From: Sphagnum compactum
Lineage: Eukaryota
Assembly: GCA_965153455.1 (NCBI GenBank)
Contig: OZ234493.1
Span: 34,648,213 to 34,712,212, forward strand
Direction: 5' to 3'
DNA: 64,000 bases
Shown: positions 11,523 through 24,000 of the stretch, piece after piece
Layout: each line of letters opens with the position of its first letter
Position numbering within the stretch: the first letter of the stretch is position 1
Program-made: the position numbers and the translations under genes
The notes under the pieces: generated by a model
Told to the model about the DNA's origin: nothing
Seen by the model: only the letters and a program-made list of their open reading frames with translations
Databases searched by the model: none

Positions 11523-13976
11523 TCCATGTGATCAAATTGATTTGATCCATATGCTACACATAAGCTAATTAGATAAGCAAAACAATGTTAGCCTTATCAC
11601 CACAAATCTGGAACCATAGATAGAAGTAAATTAGTAAGATAAATTAGCATAATTTCCTATAGCTGAATTTAATGATTTTTTCAGTGACCATGTTACTCTT
11701 AAAACAATAAATTAATTAAGCAATTAAAACAATTTTATGTATAAATAACACTTATGTTACAATGTATATTTTTGGTTCTTACATATTTTTTTTTTGATTT
11801 CATACTCTTGATATTCTATCTCAATTTCGATATGTTTGTACTTTCCATCATTCCATCATTAGGGATGAATTGTCAATTAACCGTTCATAATAAAATTCAT
11901 GGTAATCTTGAAATAAGATAATGTGCAAAAAAAAAAAATTCATGAATTAGAAGCATAAAATCCTACAAGCTACATGTTACTATCAAATGTTCATACGTCC
12001 TATTGTTAGCAACTAGGATTTCAATGAAAATGTTGAATGGCACGGAAATGAAAGAGGTGTGAAGAAATAGCAAGGTTGCATCTAGATGGAAGTCAATTCT
12101 GAGGTGGATACATTTGTAGGTGATGATCAAATCCAATGATTGAAATCCATGCAAATTTGTAAATCTCAACATACTAAAGACATTGGATACTTGAAAAGGA
12201 TAGGGGAAATTTAAGACAATGTCAATCAGGTATCCTATTCATCATCATACTATAATCAAGTTACATAAAACCAATTATGTGAAATCTTGTAGTTTTGATG
12301 AAATGTCGACACAAAATGAAATGACCTTCCAACAACATGTTTTTGATCAGCACCATTGCATACAGTAACAATATGAAGTTTGAATTCAAAAGAAGTGGAG
12401 CTCCTCCAACAAATAAATCAAAAGGGTATGAATTTTGATAGATTTGGTTTTGATTTGATGTGCAATGCATAAGCTTGTTCACAAGCATGTGAAAAGTGTG
12501 GGTTGACTCATGAAGGGGTAATTGAAAGTGTTGCAACACTAATGTCTTTGCAAGCAATAGCTTGGTTGATGTGTATGAAAATGTGGGAACATGGAGGACA
12601 TTTTGTTCATTTGCAATTTTTGACCAATAGAGCAAAAGCTATTAAACTTAGAATGATTTTTTTCATTGAAAATCAATCAAAAAATATAAATTTCATTTTT
12701 TCAAATCAATGAATGCTTCTTCATCATATTGACTCTTTTGTTTGCTCTTTCAAATCTCAACTAGTTTGGTTACATCACAAAATTGAAAAAAACAAACATC
12801 AGACTAATGTAATATCAATTGGAGGGCAATGTTTGAAATGTGTAATGCAACATGCAAAGTTAAAGAATTCTAAGTTTGGATTAATTATTAAAAGTTCAAA
12901 CTTTTTTTTCATTTTTGTTTATTTGATTTGCTTTGACATGCTTTTGTAAAGGGAATAGTTTGAAAAAACATAAAAAATTCTCTATGCATTTTTCCATGTG
13001 ATGTGATAGGGCAAACATAAGAACCAATATGATGAAAAGACATTAATTGGTTGAAATGGCTTAGATGTTATTTTTAAAGTGTTAATTTTTTTTTAAAAAT
13101 TAAAAAATTAATCTTCAATGAAAAGTGTCAAAAATCATTCTAAATTCAATAACATTTGCTTTGTTGGCTCAAAAAATGGAAAACAACCATTATGCACATC
13201 GCTTGGTCAATTTTTTTTTGATGATGCCAAAAAGCAGCATGAGCAGCCTGACCATTTGAGAGGGTTAAGATGTGGTCACAAACAAAACAAAAACATACAC
13301 CTATCTTAATATATAAATTCCCAGGCTTAAGGTGCTCTCCAAACACACTTAGAAAATTGGTCCAAGTGTCTTATGTAGGGAGGTCACCCCAACCTGGAGT
13401 TTTTCGGCCAAGGATGTTTAACTCCAGATTTCCAATGCTATTGGACATTCTTCCCTCTTAGAGTACGGTTAAAAGGAGGAACATTTGTACTTGGCATTTC
13501 ATAAGTGAAAAGCATACCAAGGCCATGATTCTGAATTCTTCATGGAAAAGGAATGTTCAAATAGGGGTACATCCACTTGAGTCCAATCACCCATGTGCTG
13601 GAACAGGTGAAAAAATATATTTTTTTTTCAAGTCCGGAGATGGAAGCCTGGAAAGAGTGTAAGCACCCTATGGTGCACCATGCAGTATGGATGAAGAGTG
13701 GACATGAAACACTTTTTCAATGTATTAGCCAGAGGAATACATTGAAAAAGTTCACCACATTGAAACACTTTTTCATGGTTCACCTTGAGGGTTAGCTATG
13801 TATAAGCTATCCACATGTAACTACATACCTAGTACCAACAAAGTGCTTTACTTATATACCCACCTACATAGTAACCACTTAGATTGCATACCCACCTATA
13901 CCTATGATACGTACCCACTCGTATATCTTGTTATCTAGGTAGGGTAGGAGAGAAGTAGTAGTGCTTATAGGATACA

Positions 13977-14035
13977 TTACCAAGGTGGAATAATACATAT
14001 TTTAATAATCCTATAATAATATTCCACCTTGGTAA
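13977..14035. repeat. Perfect 16-bp inverted repeat (small hairpin/MITE remnant)
   Basis: ttaccaaggtggaata ... tattccaccttggtaa. Confidence 0.7.
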
Positions 14036-15479
14036 CTCAGTTGTGATTCATCCAAAGTGAAGTGATAACAAGTTTCCATGGGATGGTATTGTCATGGGCA
14101 CTTGGTTGCATAATCCATAGAGACCCATTGTGTTGTTTGCAAGAAAGTCATTCTTTGCTTATGAACCAAATTGGGCTGTGCTTTTAAGCAAGGACTATGC
14201 CTTCATTTGGGTCTTCAACAACTTAAATGTAGCTTGGACCATGTTGTGACAAATAGGTATGTGATCTTCACACTTGTCCAACAAACTGTTTAATAACTTA
14301 GAACTAGCTTAAGATGGTTGAACTTTTGAACGCTCTGGAAGTAGGTAAGGAAAAGGCAAATCATTTGATACAATATTTATTTTCAAAGATCTATTTTAAT
14401 TTAATTGTTTGGGCATTTCATTTATTTCCCTCTTGTGTAATCTTTAGTTGGAATACATTTTCAGTGATTCTTTTTTTCAAAATTTTTGTGTTGTGCCATT
14501 GGCTAGCATCTCAAGAAAAAGTTAGCATTAAATGGCAACATGGTAGGCAGAATTATATATAATTTTTTCAAAAATCCTACCACTATTTGATGACCGGCAG
14601 GAAAATGTTTTTAAATTTAAGGAACCTAATCCAAACCTTTGCTTTTTTTACAATTTTTTTTCAAACATTCAAAAAACTAAAAATCCTTTGTAGGGTTGCA
14701 AAACCAATTATTTTTTTTAGCAATTCAGGGAAATTTTGCACAAAAAAACACCGGTTTCAATTCTTTTTATTTATGTTAAGTAACATAGTAGACCATTATG
14801 TATACAACAAATAATGTAATCTGATATGTAATTACAATTTGAAACTGAACAAAAAGAATGCTGTAAAGCATGATGATGGCATGAACCTCGTGTGTAATTT
14901 ACACCTTGAATCCTGCATTCACAACCAGGATGTTTTTGATTCTAACGTCTGACAAAGAAAGTCTCATCCAAAATAGCCAACCCAGAATCCACAAGTGTGC
15001 AAAGGAGTATCATGAACATGTAACATGATACTCAAAACCAAGCAACTTGGCTATATGTAGATATGTTCAATAGCAATGAGTGCAAAAAAATTAATAAAAT
15101 ATCGCCATGCGACAGGCGTGGGAGAACACCCCACTTTGAGCTCCCTGGCTCCTTTAAGGACAAGTACCCAAGAAAATTTCCCAGGCATTAGGGGACAATA
15201 ATTGGCAACCACGTTTCAAGCTTCTTGCTCGCCACACACAACAGCCCCAAGATAAATCCTTTGAAAATTGATTTTTTTGTGTTTTATTTTTGGTTGGGGT
15301 TTAGGCATGTTGCCTAGTTGATATAAGTGGTGAAAAACTAACTACACTACACTAAACTCTGATTTATGTTTTTATTATTATTTTTTTCTAACTGCCTTCC
15401 CCTAAGGTCGGTTTTGTCATTAAATAATTCTTTAAGTATTGAAACCAATTTTTGTTAAAGTATGAAAGCCTCACAAGTT

Positions 15480-15945
15480 CGACCTTTTTCTTTTTGCAAT
15501 GAGCCAATTTGTGGGCCCATTGCAAAAACAAAGTTGAAACTATGTTGACTCCCCAAAATAGAAAATTCTATGGAAATATAGGGTGCCTTCCCCTTTGGCC
15601 CAGCTATATAGGTGAGAAGGTGAGGACTTCAGGCAAAACATATGGGATTAAAGCAAGGTGCTATTGGGAACACCTTGGGGAACACATTGGGAACCTAGGG
15701 AACATATTGAGAACCTGATGGGAACTCATTGGGAACTTGAAGGGAACATGTTGGGAACAAAGAAAAAATGAAAAAAATGCTCCCCCCACCCCCCCCCCCC
15801 AAAACTTAAAAGAAAAAAGAACAAGGCACTTTGAGTGCATGCTGAGCCTTCCCATTGGCTGTATGAAATTTCTATTTCCAAAACTGTTCGTCACCATTTT
15901 TGGCCTGGGCTAATACCCCCATTATAAACTGGGGGTACTTATTTC
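15480..15945 (+). repeat. Dispersed repeat with internal (t)gggaac units; second copy at ~28130-28480
   Basis: Shared blocks catatggga...gtgctattgggaac...cattgggaac...tgatgggaac and gtgcatgctgagcctt...cattg...atgaaa...tcaccatttttgg..tgggctaata in both copies. Confidence 0.7.
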
Positions 15946-16406
15946 CAGGTTATGATTCAAATAATTTCACTAGGTAGAAACAACTGTAGAATTGAATATC
16001 ACGAAATAATAATAATATCGAAACTATAAGACTAAATTAATTTCTAAATGAATAATTATCCGTTTTGTCCATATGAATGCTGACCCTAGGCCAAAGTAGG
16101 TGCCTAGGTTTTTTTTCTTTTCAATTTTGTGACAACCAAACTGGGGATCATCCACAAGAAGATTTAGCCAAATCTAGCTATAGACCAGATACAGAAGTAG
16201 AAAGTATTTAAGAATCCTTTTGTATTTTGGGCAACTGATGGAACCCGTGTTGTAGAAATTTGGTGATATATATATATATATAAATTGGAAATCTTGCTAT
16301 TTAGAGCCTTTCTTTCCACAAAAATCCTTTGTAATATGTATTTTTGAAATCAAAATTTTCGGGTGGAAAAAAGTGAATACTCACCAAATAGAAAAGCAGT
16401 ACTAGG

Positions 16407-16690
16407 TAGTGTTGTTGTTTTGGTGAATTTTCGCACTGGCGAAAAAAAAAATGCTGTGCAAATTCTAGAAAGGGTTTTTCTGGAAAATATACACAAAAGT
16501 CGCCAGATTTTGAGGGGAAAAAAAGAGTTAAAAGTCACCAGATTTAGATAGTGAGTTCTTGTACGTCGCTAGAAGTAGGCAGAATTCCCAACAATTTGTA
16601 CCGTCCTGTCCAACCTCTAGCCAACTTTGGCTCAGTCCTCTGGTGAGATAGCCAGTCCACCTACCTGACAAAATTGAGAAAAAAACCCTG
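16407..16690 (-). mobile_element. hAT-type MITE with 8-bp target-site duplication
   Basis: Ends tagtgtt... and ...aaccctg, flanked by gtactagg (16399-16406) and ctactagg (16691-16698), a 7/8 match. The family core (ca.aagaggatttagccaaat.tggcta) recurs at ~16150, ~32750, ~55600, ~55920 and ~60610. Confidence 0.65.
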
Positions 16691-17798
16691 CTACTAGGTA
16701 GGTGTAAGTTGCAACTTTTAAAAACTAGGAAAAAAAAAAAAAACCAAAAACAAACAAGGCAAAAGTATCTTAAGTGTGTCACATTGTGGCCTTGCCATTT
16801 ACATTAAAAAGTATTCTTAAGGCAAAAGACGAATTATGGAAATTCAAATATTTTACCATGCAAAAATATAATCTTCAAAAGAATCCTCTTGAAGCAACCA
16901 AAATCCTTCAAGATATTATAATAACTCTATGACTAATCTCAAGTTTCAACACAAGCCAAAATATCATCTTTCAAAAGTCCTCATATAAAAATAGACCTAT
17001 TATTATTACCTAGGGGCCAAAATCCCTTAAGCTACTATACTCTATGCTGAATCTAAACACAATATCCTTGCCTTGGTAGGCAAGGCCAAAAAACAAAAAC
17101 AAAGACAAACAGAAAAACAAAAGCAAAGCGCCTCGTCGTCGTCTACCCCGAAAAGAGTCCATCAAAAAGCAGTTCACACGAGATTGCACTCCCAACCTGT
17201 GCCGTGCCGTGTGGTACTCTGTTGTGCGGATTCATCATCTCCTGCGAAGCCGACCTTTGACGACCCATGGTCGAGTGAGTATGTGATTGATTGAATGAAG
17301 AAATGAATGGCGCGAGCAAGCAAGATAGCTGAATCTTGTGAAGTTGCGATTTGCAAAACTTCATCTTCCGATTATTAAACAAGTTTTCTCTCACGCTGCA
17401 ATTGACATGATAGTGTTTGTTTTGTAGTAGAAAATTACAGTTGGTTGTTGGTTTGGTGTACACACACACACACACACACACACACATGGATCACGGACCG
17501 ACCAACCATTCTTTGCACAGTCTCGCAGTAGCTCCAAGTAAAATTATTCCAGTGCTGCTGAATCTGCAATAATTCCCCAGACCTGTTTCTAGAGAACCTG
17601 AAGAGAGATCTGGGAATGAGAAGAAGAAGAAGAAGAAGAGGAGAGTGACGGAAGTCTAGGGAGTTTTTTGAGTGTAATGGGTTTGTAGATCGCAGCGACA
17701 GAGAGGGGTGGCCGGAGTATTCGTTGTTGTTATGAGGATGATGGGAACATAACATCAACAGATTTTGGACGCTTTGGCATCATCGCATCATCTGTCAC

Positions 17799-20399
17799 AT
17801 GAAGACGACGACAAGGACGCGGGCCTTATGGCGGAGGAAGGTGGTGCGGCTGCAGGAGGAGGAGCAGAAGCGCCGCACAAGGCCCACGGATCAACTGGCC
17901 AGGAGGCTCCGCGTCTTGGACCTCATCTCTATCGGTTACATCTTTTTGAATCCTGAGCTCTGCCTGCTTGATTGACATCACAAATCTTTGAATTTGGAGA
18001 TCCTAGGAGCATTTCGTTATGCAATCAAGTGTTTTTGGAATCATGGGTCCAGGAATATGGAGTGCAATAACATAGAGAGAGATGTGCAACAATTGCAGGG
18101 GTAGGATCCACACTAGGAGCAGGGGTGTACGTTTTGGTGGGAACTGTGGCTAGGGAGCGAGCAGGGCCTGCACTCACACTGTCATTCCTCATTGCTGGAA
18201 TTGCTGCAGCTCTTGCAGCTCTGTGCTATGCAGAACTTTCCAGCCGCCTCCCTTCTGCTGGTAGTGCTTACCATTATGCCTACACATGTGTGAGCGAAGG
18301 GTACTATGTTTGATCCCTTCTTCTTCTTCTTCTTCTTCTTCTTCTTCTTCTTCTTCTGCTGATTGTTTTTCTGTTGAATCTTCTGGTGCAAAACACCAAC
18401 TAATTGCAAGCCTAGAAAAACTTGCTGGAATTGGAGACATGTCTCACCACTTCATCAAATCAATGGCGTAAGCAACTAGAAACGGCATAAGTGACGAATT
18501 CAATTTAACTAGAAAATGTCATAATTGACTAACCTAATAAAAAAGGACAAGTCATAGATTCCATGTTCTGATGAAGTACACAATTCCTTTTTGTAGTTTT
18601 TACAATTTAGGTTTAGTGGTGTGTGAAGCAACCAGAAGGTGGGTGGCTAAAGAAAATTCTGCAGAGTACTGATGGGTGTGTGTGACATGTGCAGCATAGC
18701 TTGGATAATTGGCTGGGCTCTCATCTTGGAGTACACAGTGGGTGGCTCCACTGTTGCTCGTGGCATCTCACCAAACTTGGCGATCTTTTTCGGGGGAGAA
18801 GAGCACTTGCCAGGATGGATAGCACGACAAACTTTTCCCGGGAGTGATGTTGTGGTTGATCCATGTGCTGGGCTATTGGTGCTGTTGGTCACAGCACTCC
18901 TGTGCATGGGCATTCAGGAGAGTGCAAGGGTGCAATCTATCATGGTTGTTCTCAATGTTTTAGTGCTTGTCTTTGTGGTTGGAGCAGGTTCATGGGCTGG
19001 CTTTTCTAGTGGGTGGAAAGGCTACCACCAGTCTCAAGGATACCTGCCCTATGGTGTGAATGGAATGCTTGGTGGTGCAGCAACTCTTTTCTTTGCATAC
19101 ATTGGTTTTGACACTGTTGCCAGTACAGCAGAGGAGGTGAAGAATCCGCAGCGAGACCTTCCTCTGGGCATTGGATTTTCTCTATGCATCTGTGGCAGCT
19201 TGTATATGTTGCTCTCTGCTGTGATTGTTGGGCTCGTCCCCTTCAATTTGATAGACCCAGACACACCTATGTCGTCTGCCTTTGATGAACATGGCATGCC
19301 CTGGGCCAAATACATTGTCGCAGCAGGTGCAATTGCAGCATTGTCAACAGCCCTTATGGGCTCAATTCTGCCTCAGCCCAGAATATTGATGGCAATGGCA
19401 CGTGATGGCTTGCTCCCACACTTCTTCTCCACTGTCCACCCCATCACAGCTGTGCCTGTCAACAGTACTGTGACCACAGGCGTGGTTGCAGCAGCCATGG
19501 CATTCTTCATGAATGTCGATCAGCTTTCAGGCATGGTGAGTGTTGGGACACTGATGGCGTTCACAATTGTTGCAGTCTCACTTCTCATTCTGAGATATTT
19601 ACCTCCAGATGCTTCCAAGCCAGTCATCCAAGTTTGCCCCCCTGACAAGGGTGCTCCCTCTGTGCACATTGCTCCCTCTGTGCACATTTCTCCATCAACT
19701 CCAGTTTATGCCTGTGAAGTCTCAACCCTGTTCTCACCTCTGTTGTCAATCTTTTCAGACGCATCCTTGCAAACTCTGCCTGGCTGTGGATCAATTGAAG
19801 ACTTGAATGGTGTATCATCCGTGAGCAGCAGTGGGTCTCTTCTACTACAGGATGGGACAGGTGATCAGGAGGCAAATGCAGCCCCAAATGCATCTCCTGT
19901 CAGTTCCAGATTAGTCCTTCATGAATCTTTGCTTTCTGTAGATGACACTACTACTATTTTGCCTGAATCGAATGAGAAGTTAAGGCAATGGGTGGCAGTG
20001 TTTGCCATAACTGGAGTTTTCATTGGTGTTGTTCTCATCAGCCTGGCTGCTGCCGTGGAAGAGCTTCCCATGCCCATTCGATGGATTTTTGGATTGTTGG
20101 GCACTCCATCATTTTTGGCTGCATCAACAGTTTTGTTTTTGATTGAGCAAGATGAAGGCCATCACAAGTTTGGGCAAGCAGGAGGCTTCCATTGTCCATG
20201 GGTACCAGCATTGCCACTGGGCAGCATTCTTGTGAATGTTTACTTGCTCATGAGTCTTGGTATCCCAACATTGTTCCGTGTTTCAGCCTGGTTACTTTTG
20301 GGGGTAGTGGTGTATCTGGTCTATGGAATGAGCCACAGTCAGCTTTCAAGTGAATTGCTCAAGGAGGAACAAACCCACCAGTTCCAAACTGCTACCTGA
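17799..20399 (+). CDS. CAT: Cationic amino acid transporter (APC superfamily, CAT2/3/4-like), 3 exons, 680 aa
   Basis: Exons 17799-17934, 18099-18300 and 18695-20399, all GT-AG with compatible phases, total 2043 nt. Signature motifs [86 protein letters not shown], and C-terminal [10 protein letters not shown]. An in-frame TGA lies upstream of the ATG. Confidence 0.95.
18318..18357. repeat. (TTC)n microsatellite in CAT intron 2
   Basis: Direct reading. Other SSRs: (CA)n ~17461-17485, (CT)n ~25501-25546, (GA)n ~25719-25753. Confidence 0.95.
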
Positions 20400-21068
20400 C
20401 ACACAATTTGACAACAGTTGGAGCCAGATCTATCCTTCCAATCTAATACTATTCCTGACACAAAAGTTATTATGTGGTAAACTGACATGGATTGTCACTG
20501 ATGGCTTGAATCATATGGTGCATAAGATTGAATTATGGAGTTTGTAGCCCTTTGGCAGAAACAAAAGAAAGCCTTTTAAGTTATCATGGTCTCTGAAACT
20601 ATGGCCAAGTAGAAGCAGAGTTCCATTTGTGACCCAATTGTCAGCTTGCCTACAATTGTTCAATTCTAGCAATGCCAATGATGCTGAATTTTGGCATTTT
20701 TAAAAGGATTTTCCAATACTGATCTCAAGCAGAGATATCAATGTACAATGATGGTTAGAATTGTAGCATTTTTCAAGGGATTTCCAATACTAATCTCAAG
20801 CAGAGATGTTATGATATCATGGTTGCTGCAACATGCATACTGAGATACTACTGCTTATGCAAAATGGGGATTGGTCAAAGGCTAGCATTTTATTTGCTGC
20901 CTTTTGTGGGTAACATTTTCAGGGAGTAGGTTTTGCACAATTTAAAAAACCACTGAATTAATAAGCTGCCAAAGAGATCAGCTCTGACCTGACTGTGAAT
21001 TGAAGTCCAGGTCTGCCCATGAATCAATCAAATGCAGACTTACTACAAACTTTGCACATGCAAAATTT

Positions 21069-24000
21069 TTAAGTAGTGAACCAGGGAATCAAATTGTAAG
21101 TGGGTGCAAGTGGTTGATCCTCAGCCCAGCCATATTTGTGAAGAAGAGTGAGTGCAACACCATTCGTCCAACCGAATCCAGTCTGCAAGAGTGGTCACAA
21201 CAAGCCCACTAGAATTTCAATGTCACACATCAGCACTAACAAAGGTTTCATCATGTCATACAAGATAGACTGATTCCCACTAATTGCATATTGTAAGGGG
21301 CATACTCTATGAACATTATAAGCACAAGAAATGGATAAAGTTCTGATGATAAGTCCTCAACTTGATGGGTGTAAATAGTTGGGTAGCTCATTTTAAAAGA
21401 GGAACAAAGATTGTACTACATGTGTACCTGAGTGTTGTACTCGCCTCCACCACCAACCTTTCCACAATATCTGGCATCATATTTTTCAACCATATGCCCA
21501 GTTTCCTCAAACGCCACATAATTGGACTTAAGCCAACGTCTGGAAATATCAATTGCCATCTTGTTGGCCTTTTCAGAGTTCAATGTGGCAAGTCCTTCTA
21601 TTATCATGTGCTGCAGGGGAGCCCATGCATTTGGAAAGTCCCTGGTCCATACCCACATCATTTATCACTGTATTCATTCCATTCTGGTTGCAATCTGTTT
21701 TGAACTCAAAATCAATGTCTTTTCTTCAAAGTGCAGAATGCAGCCATTGAGCACATATAATGAAACTTCTGTATTGCTTAATATTCTTGAAGTTGCGAAG
21801 CTCATTTGAGCAAGTCTTAGTATCACTACTGAATGGTACTACGTCTACAATCCCATTTTGCAGATGTCGGGATTGTAGATGTAAAGCACTAGGAGAAATT
21901 TCCTCGTGTATTTGGAGGGCACCTTATATCCATGAATATCCCCTCTTAGAGAAGATGAGAGATCTTATGCCTACTCCTTAAGAGTGGGAGGGAAATTATG
22001 CCCTATTTATGGGTGTAAGATCCCACCTACTCTTAAGGAGTAGGCAAAGAACCTTCCCCATCCTTCATGTCATGGTCTATGTAGGTTTAAGTTCATAATA
22101 GTGTTTGCCTAATGCTTTACAATGGGTAAAGCCCATGGATGGGGGACATTCCCAAAATGTGGGGCAGCTAGGTCCCCTGGGGCTTTATCCTACACATAGC
22201 AACAGCAACTTCATAAACAGGTTATGTTTGTTTTACAAGTAAGCAGGCAGACATAGGTAGCTGGATAGCTCTCTACAAACCATTGCTGCCCTGTTTCTCG
22301 AAGAGAAGTAGCTATGCCTCCTGGATGCATTAGTCCAGAATTGTTGAATGCCTCCAACACCCTTTCTATCTTTGCATCTCCTGCACAAACAAACAACATA
22401 GTTTCCTGTAAGATGACCTACCTCAGAAGCTATAGTTTTGCTGAGGTTTTTGGAAAACCAATCTGTTCCTTATACATGACATCCCAACTGCTGACATTGT
22501 CCCCTTGAATAATACCAACCATGGAGCAATTGCAGAGCTGAATTTAACCGTAGGACCATACTTGTTCCTCGACAGCTTATATGTGAAGGGGGAGAGCATT
22601 GACCTGGTGCCAATACTCCACACCAGAGAGGGATAAAATTGGAAGCAAAGATTTGCAAATTCAAGTGGCCACTATCCATGTCATAAACCACCTGCAACAG
22701 AAACAGCATAATATCAGGCTGGAGTTGTCATAGCAAACAACAGCAATTTGGAAAATCTACATTGTTTACTAAGGGTACATCTTCCTAGCACAACAGGCTC
22801 TGTGAAAAAAATCTCACTCTTTGTGAGTTGACTGATTGCAATTTGGAGTTGTTCAAAGGGAGCCAGTAGTCAAACCACTGAGACTCATCCTCATTCCAAA
22901 GGATGGTCTGGATTGCCAATCTCCGAGCATTGGCAGCCATAGTGTAGTATCTTTCTGTTGTGTCATCACCAGTAGCTCTTGCTAAAAAGGCTATGTCCAG
23001 CTCCATCTGCAAAGAGCTCACCAAGTAGTGAGAAGGCACACATTGAACTCCTGAATCAGTATCTGTTGGACAATGTTCTCCTGCTCATGCAAGTCTGAGG
23101 AAAACTTTCCCGTGTCTTGAGCACAACCCTTCTTGCAACCTCTCCTGCACTTCTTCATGGTATACATGTGATTCCACCCATCTCATCCAATCATTTTCTC
23201 CCATACTTACAATTGAAACTAGGCATTCACACACCTGAAGAAGGAAGGCATTCAAATCCACTGGGATTATGGCAGATGTACGCAGAGAGAATAAATTTTG
23301 GTGGTCCCTGTAAATCCACATCATTTGAAACAGACACAGTCAAAAGAGGAGGAAAGAAATATGCAAAAATCTGTTGTAAACCTTCAGATTCTCACTACAG
23401 AATTCTCAAACCAGAAAATATCCCAATACATTGACAGACTTACTCCATCCAGCGCGAACTGAAATCCCATCCTGACTCTGCAGCAGTGGCTATGTCATGG
23501 TATAGCTCTGCTTGATGTGCCTTACTCAATCCCTTTGCAATTGCTTCATCCTGAAAAACAGCTCACCTTCCTTCTTCAGAAGTCACAATTGAACAGAGTG
23601 AAAAAAAATATTCCACCACCAAAATTCCATGTACAAACTTCTCAAATGCCTCAAGGATTGAAAGAACATTGGGTGTTTGTTTTGGCTTACTATGATACAA
23701 GACTCAGGTCGTGGTGTGTTCCACTGGGCATAATAACGGCTCAGTCGGTGCTTGTTCTTTTGGTGGTCCTGTATCACTACTACATGAGGCTCTGCACTCA
23801 CACAATTTACTTTCAATAAAATTTCAAAGTGATCAAGCCTGGCATTAACCTGTTTATGCAGATCACCAACCCACTATTGATTTCATTCTCAAAGATGAGA
23901 AGAATCGAGTGCTGATAACAATTGCAGGCATCTGATAAAATCACACCTGTTGTCCAGAATTTGTGCTCCTTACAAAGAATTGGCAATGCTTGTTCCACAA

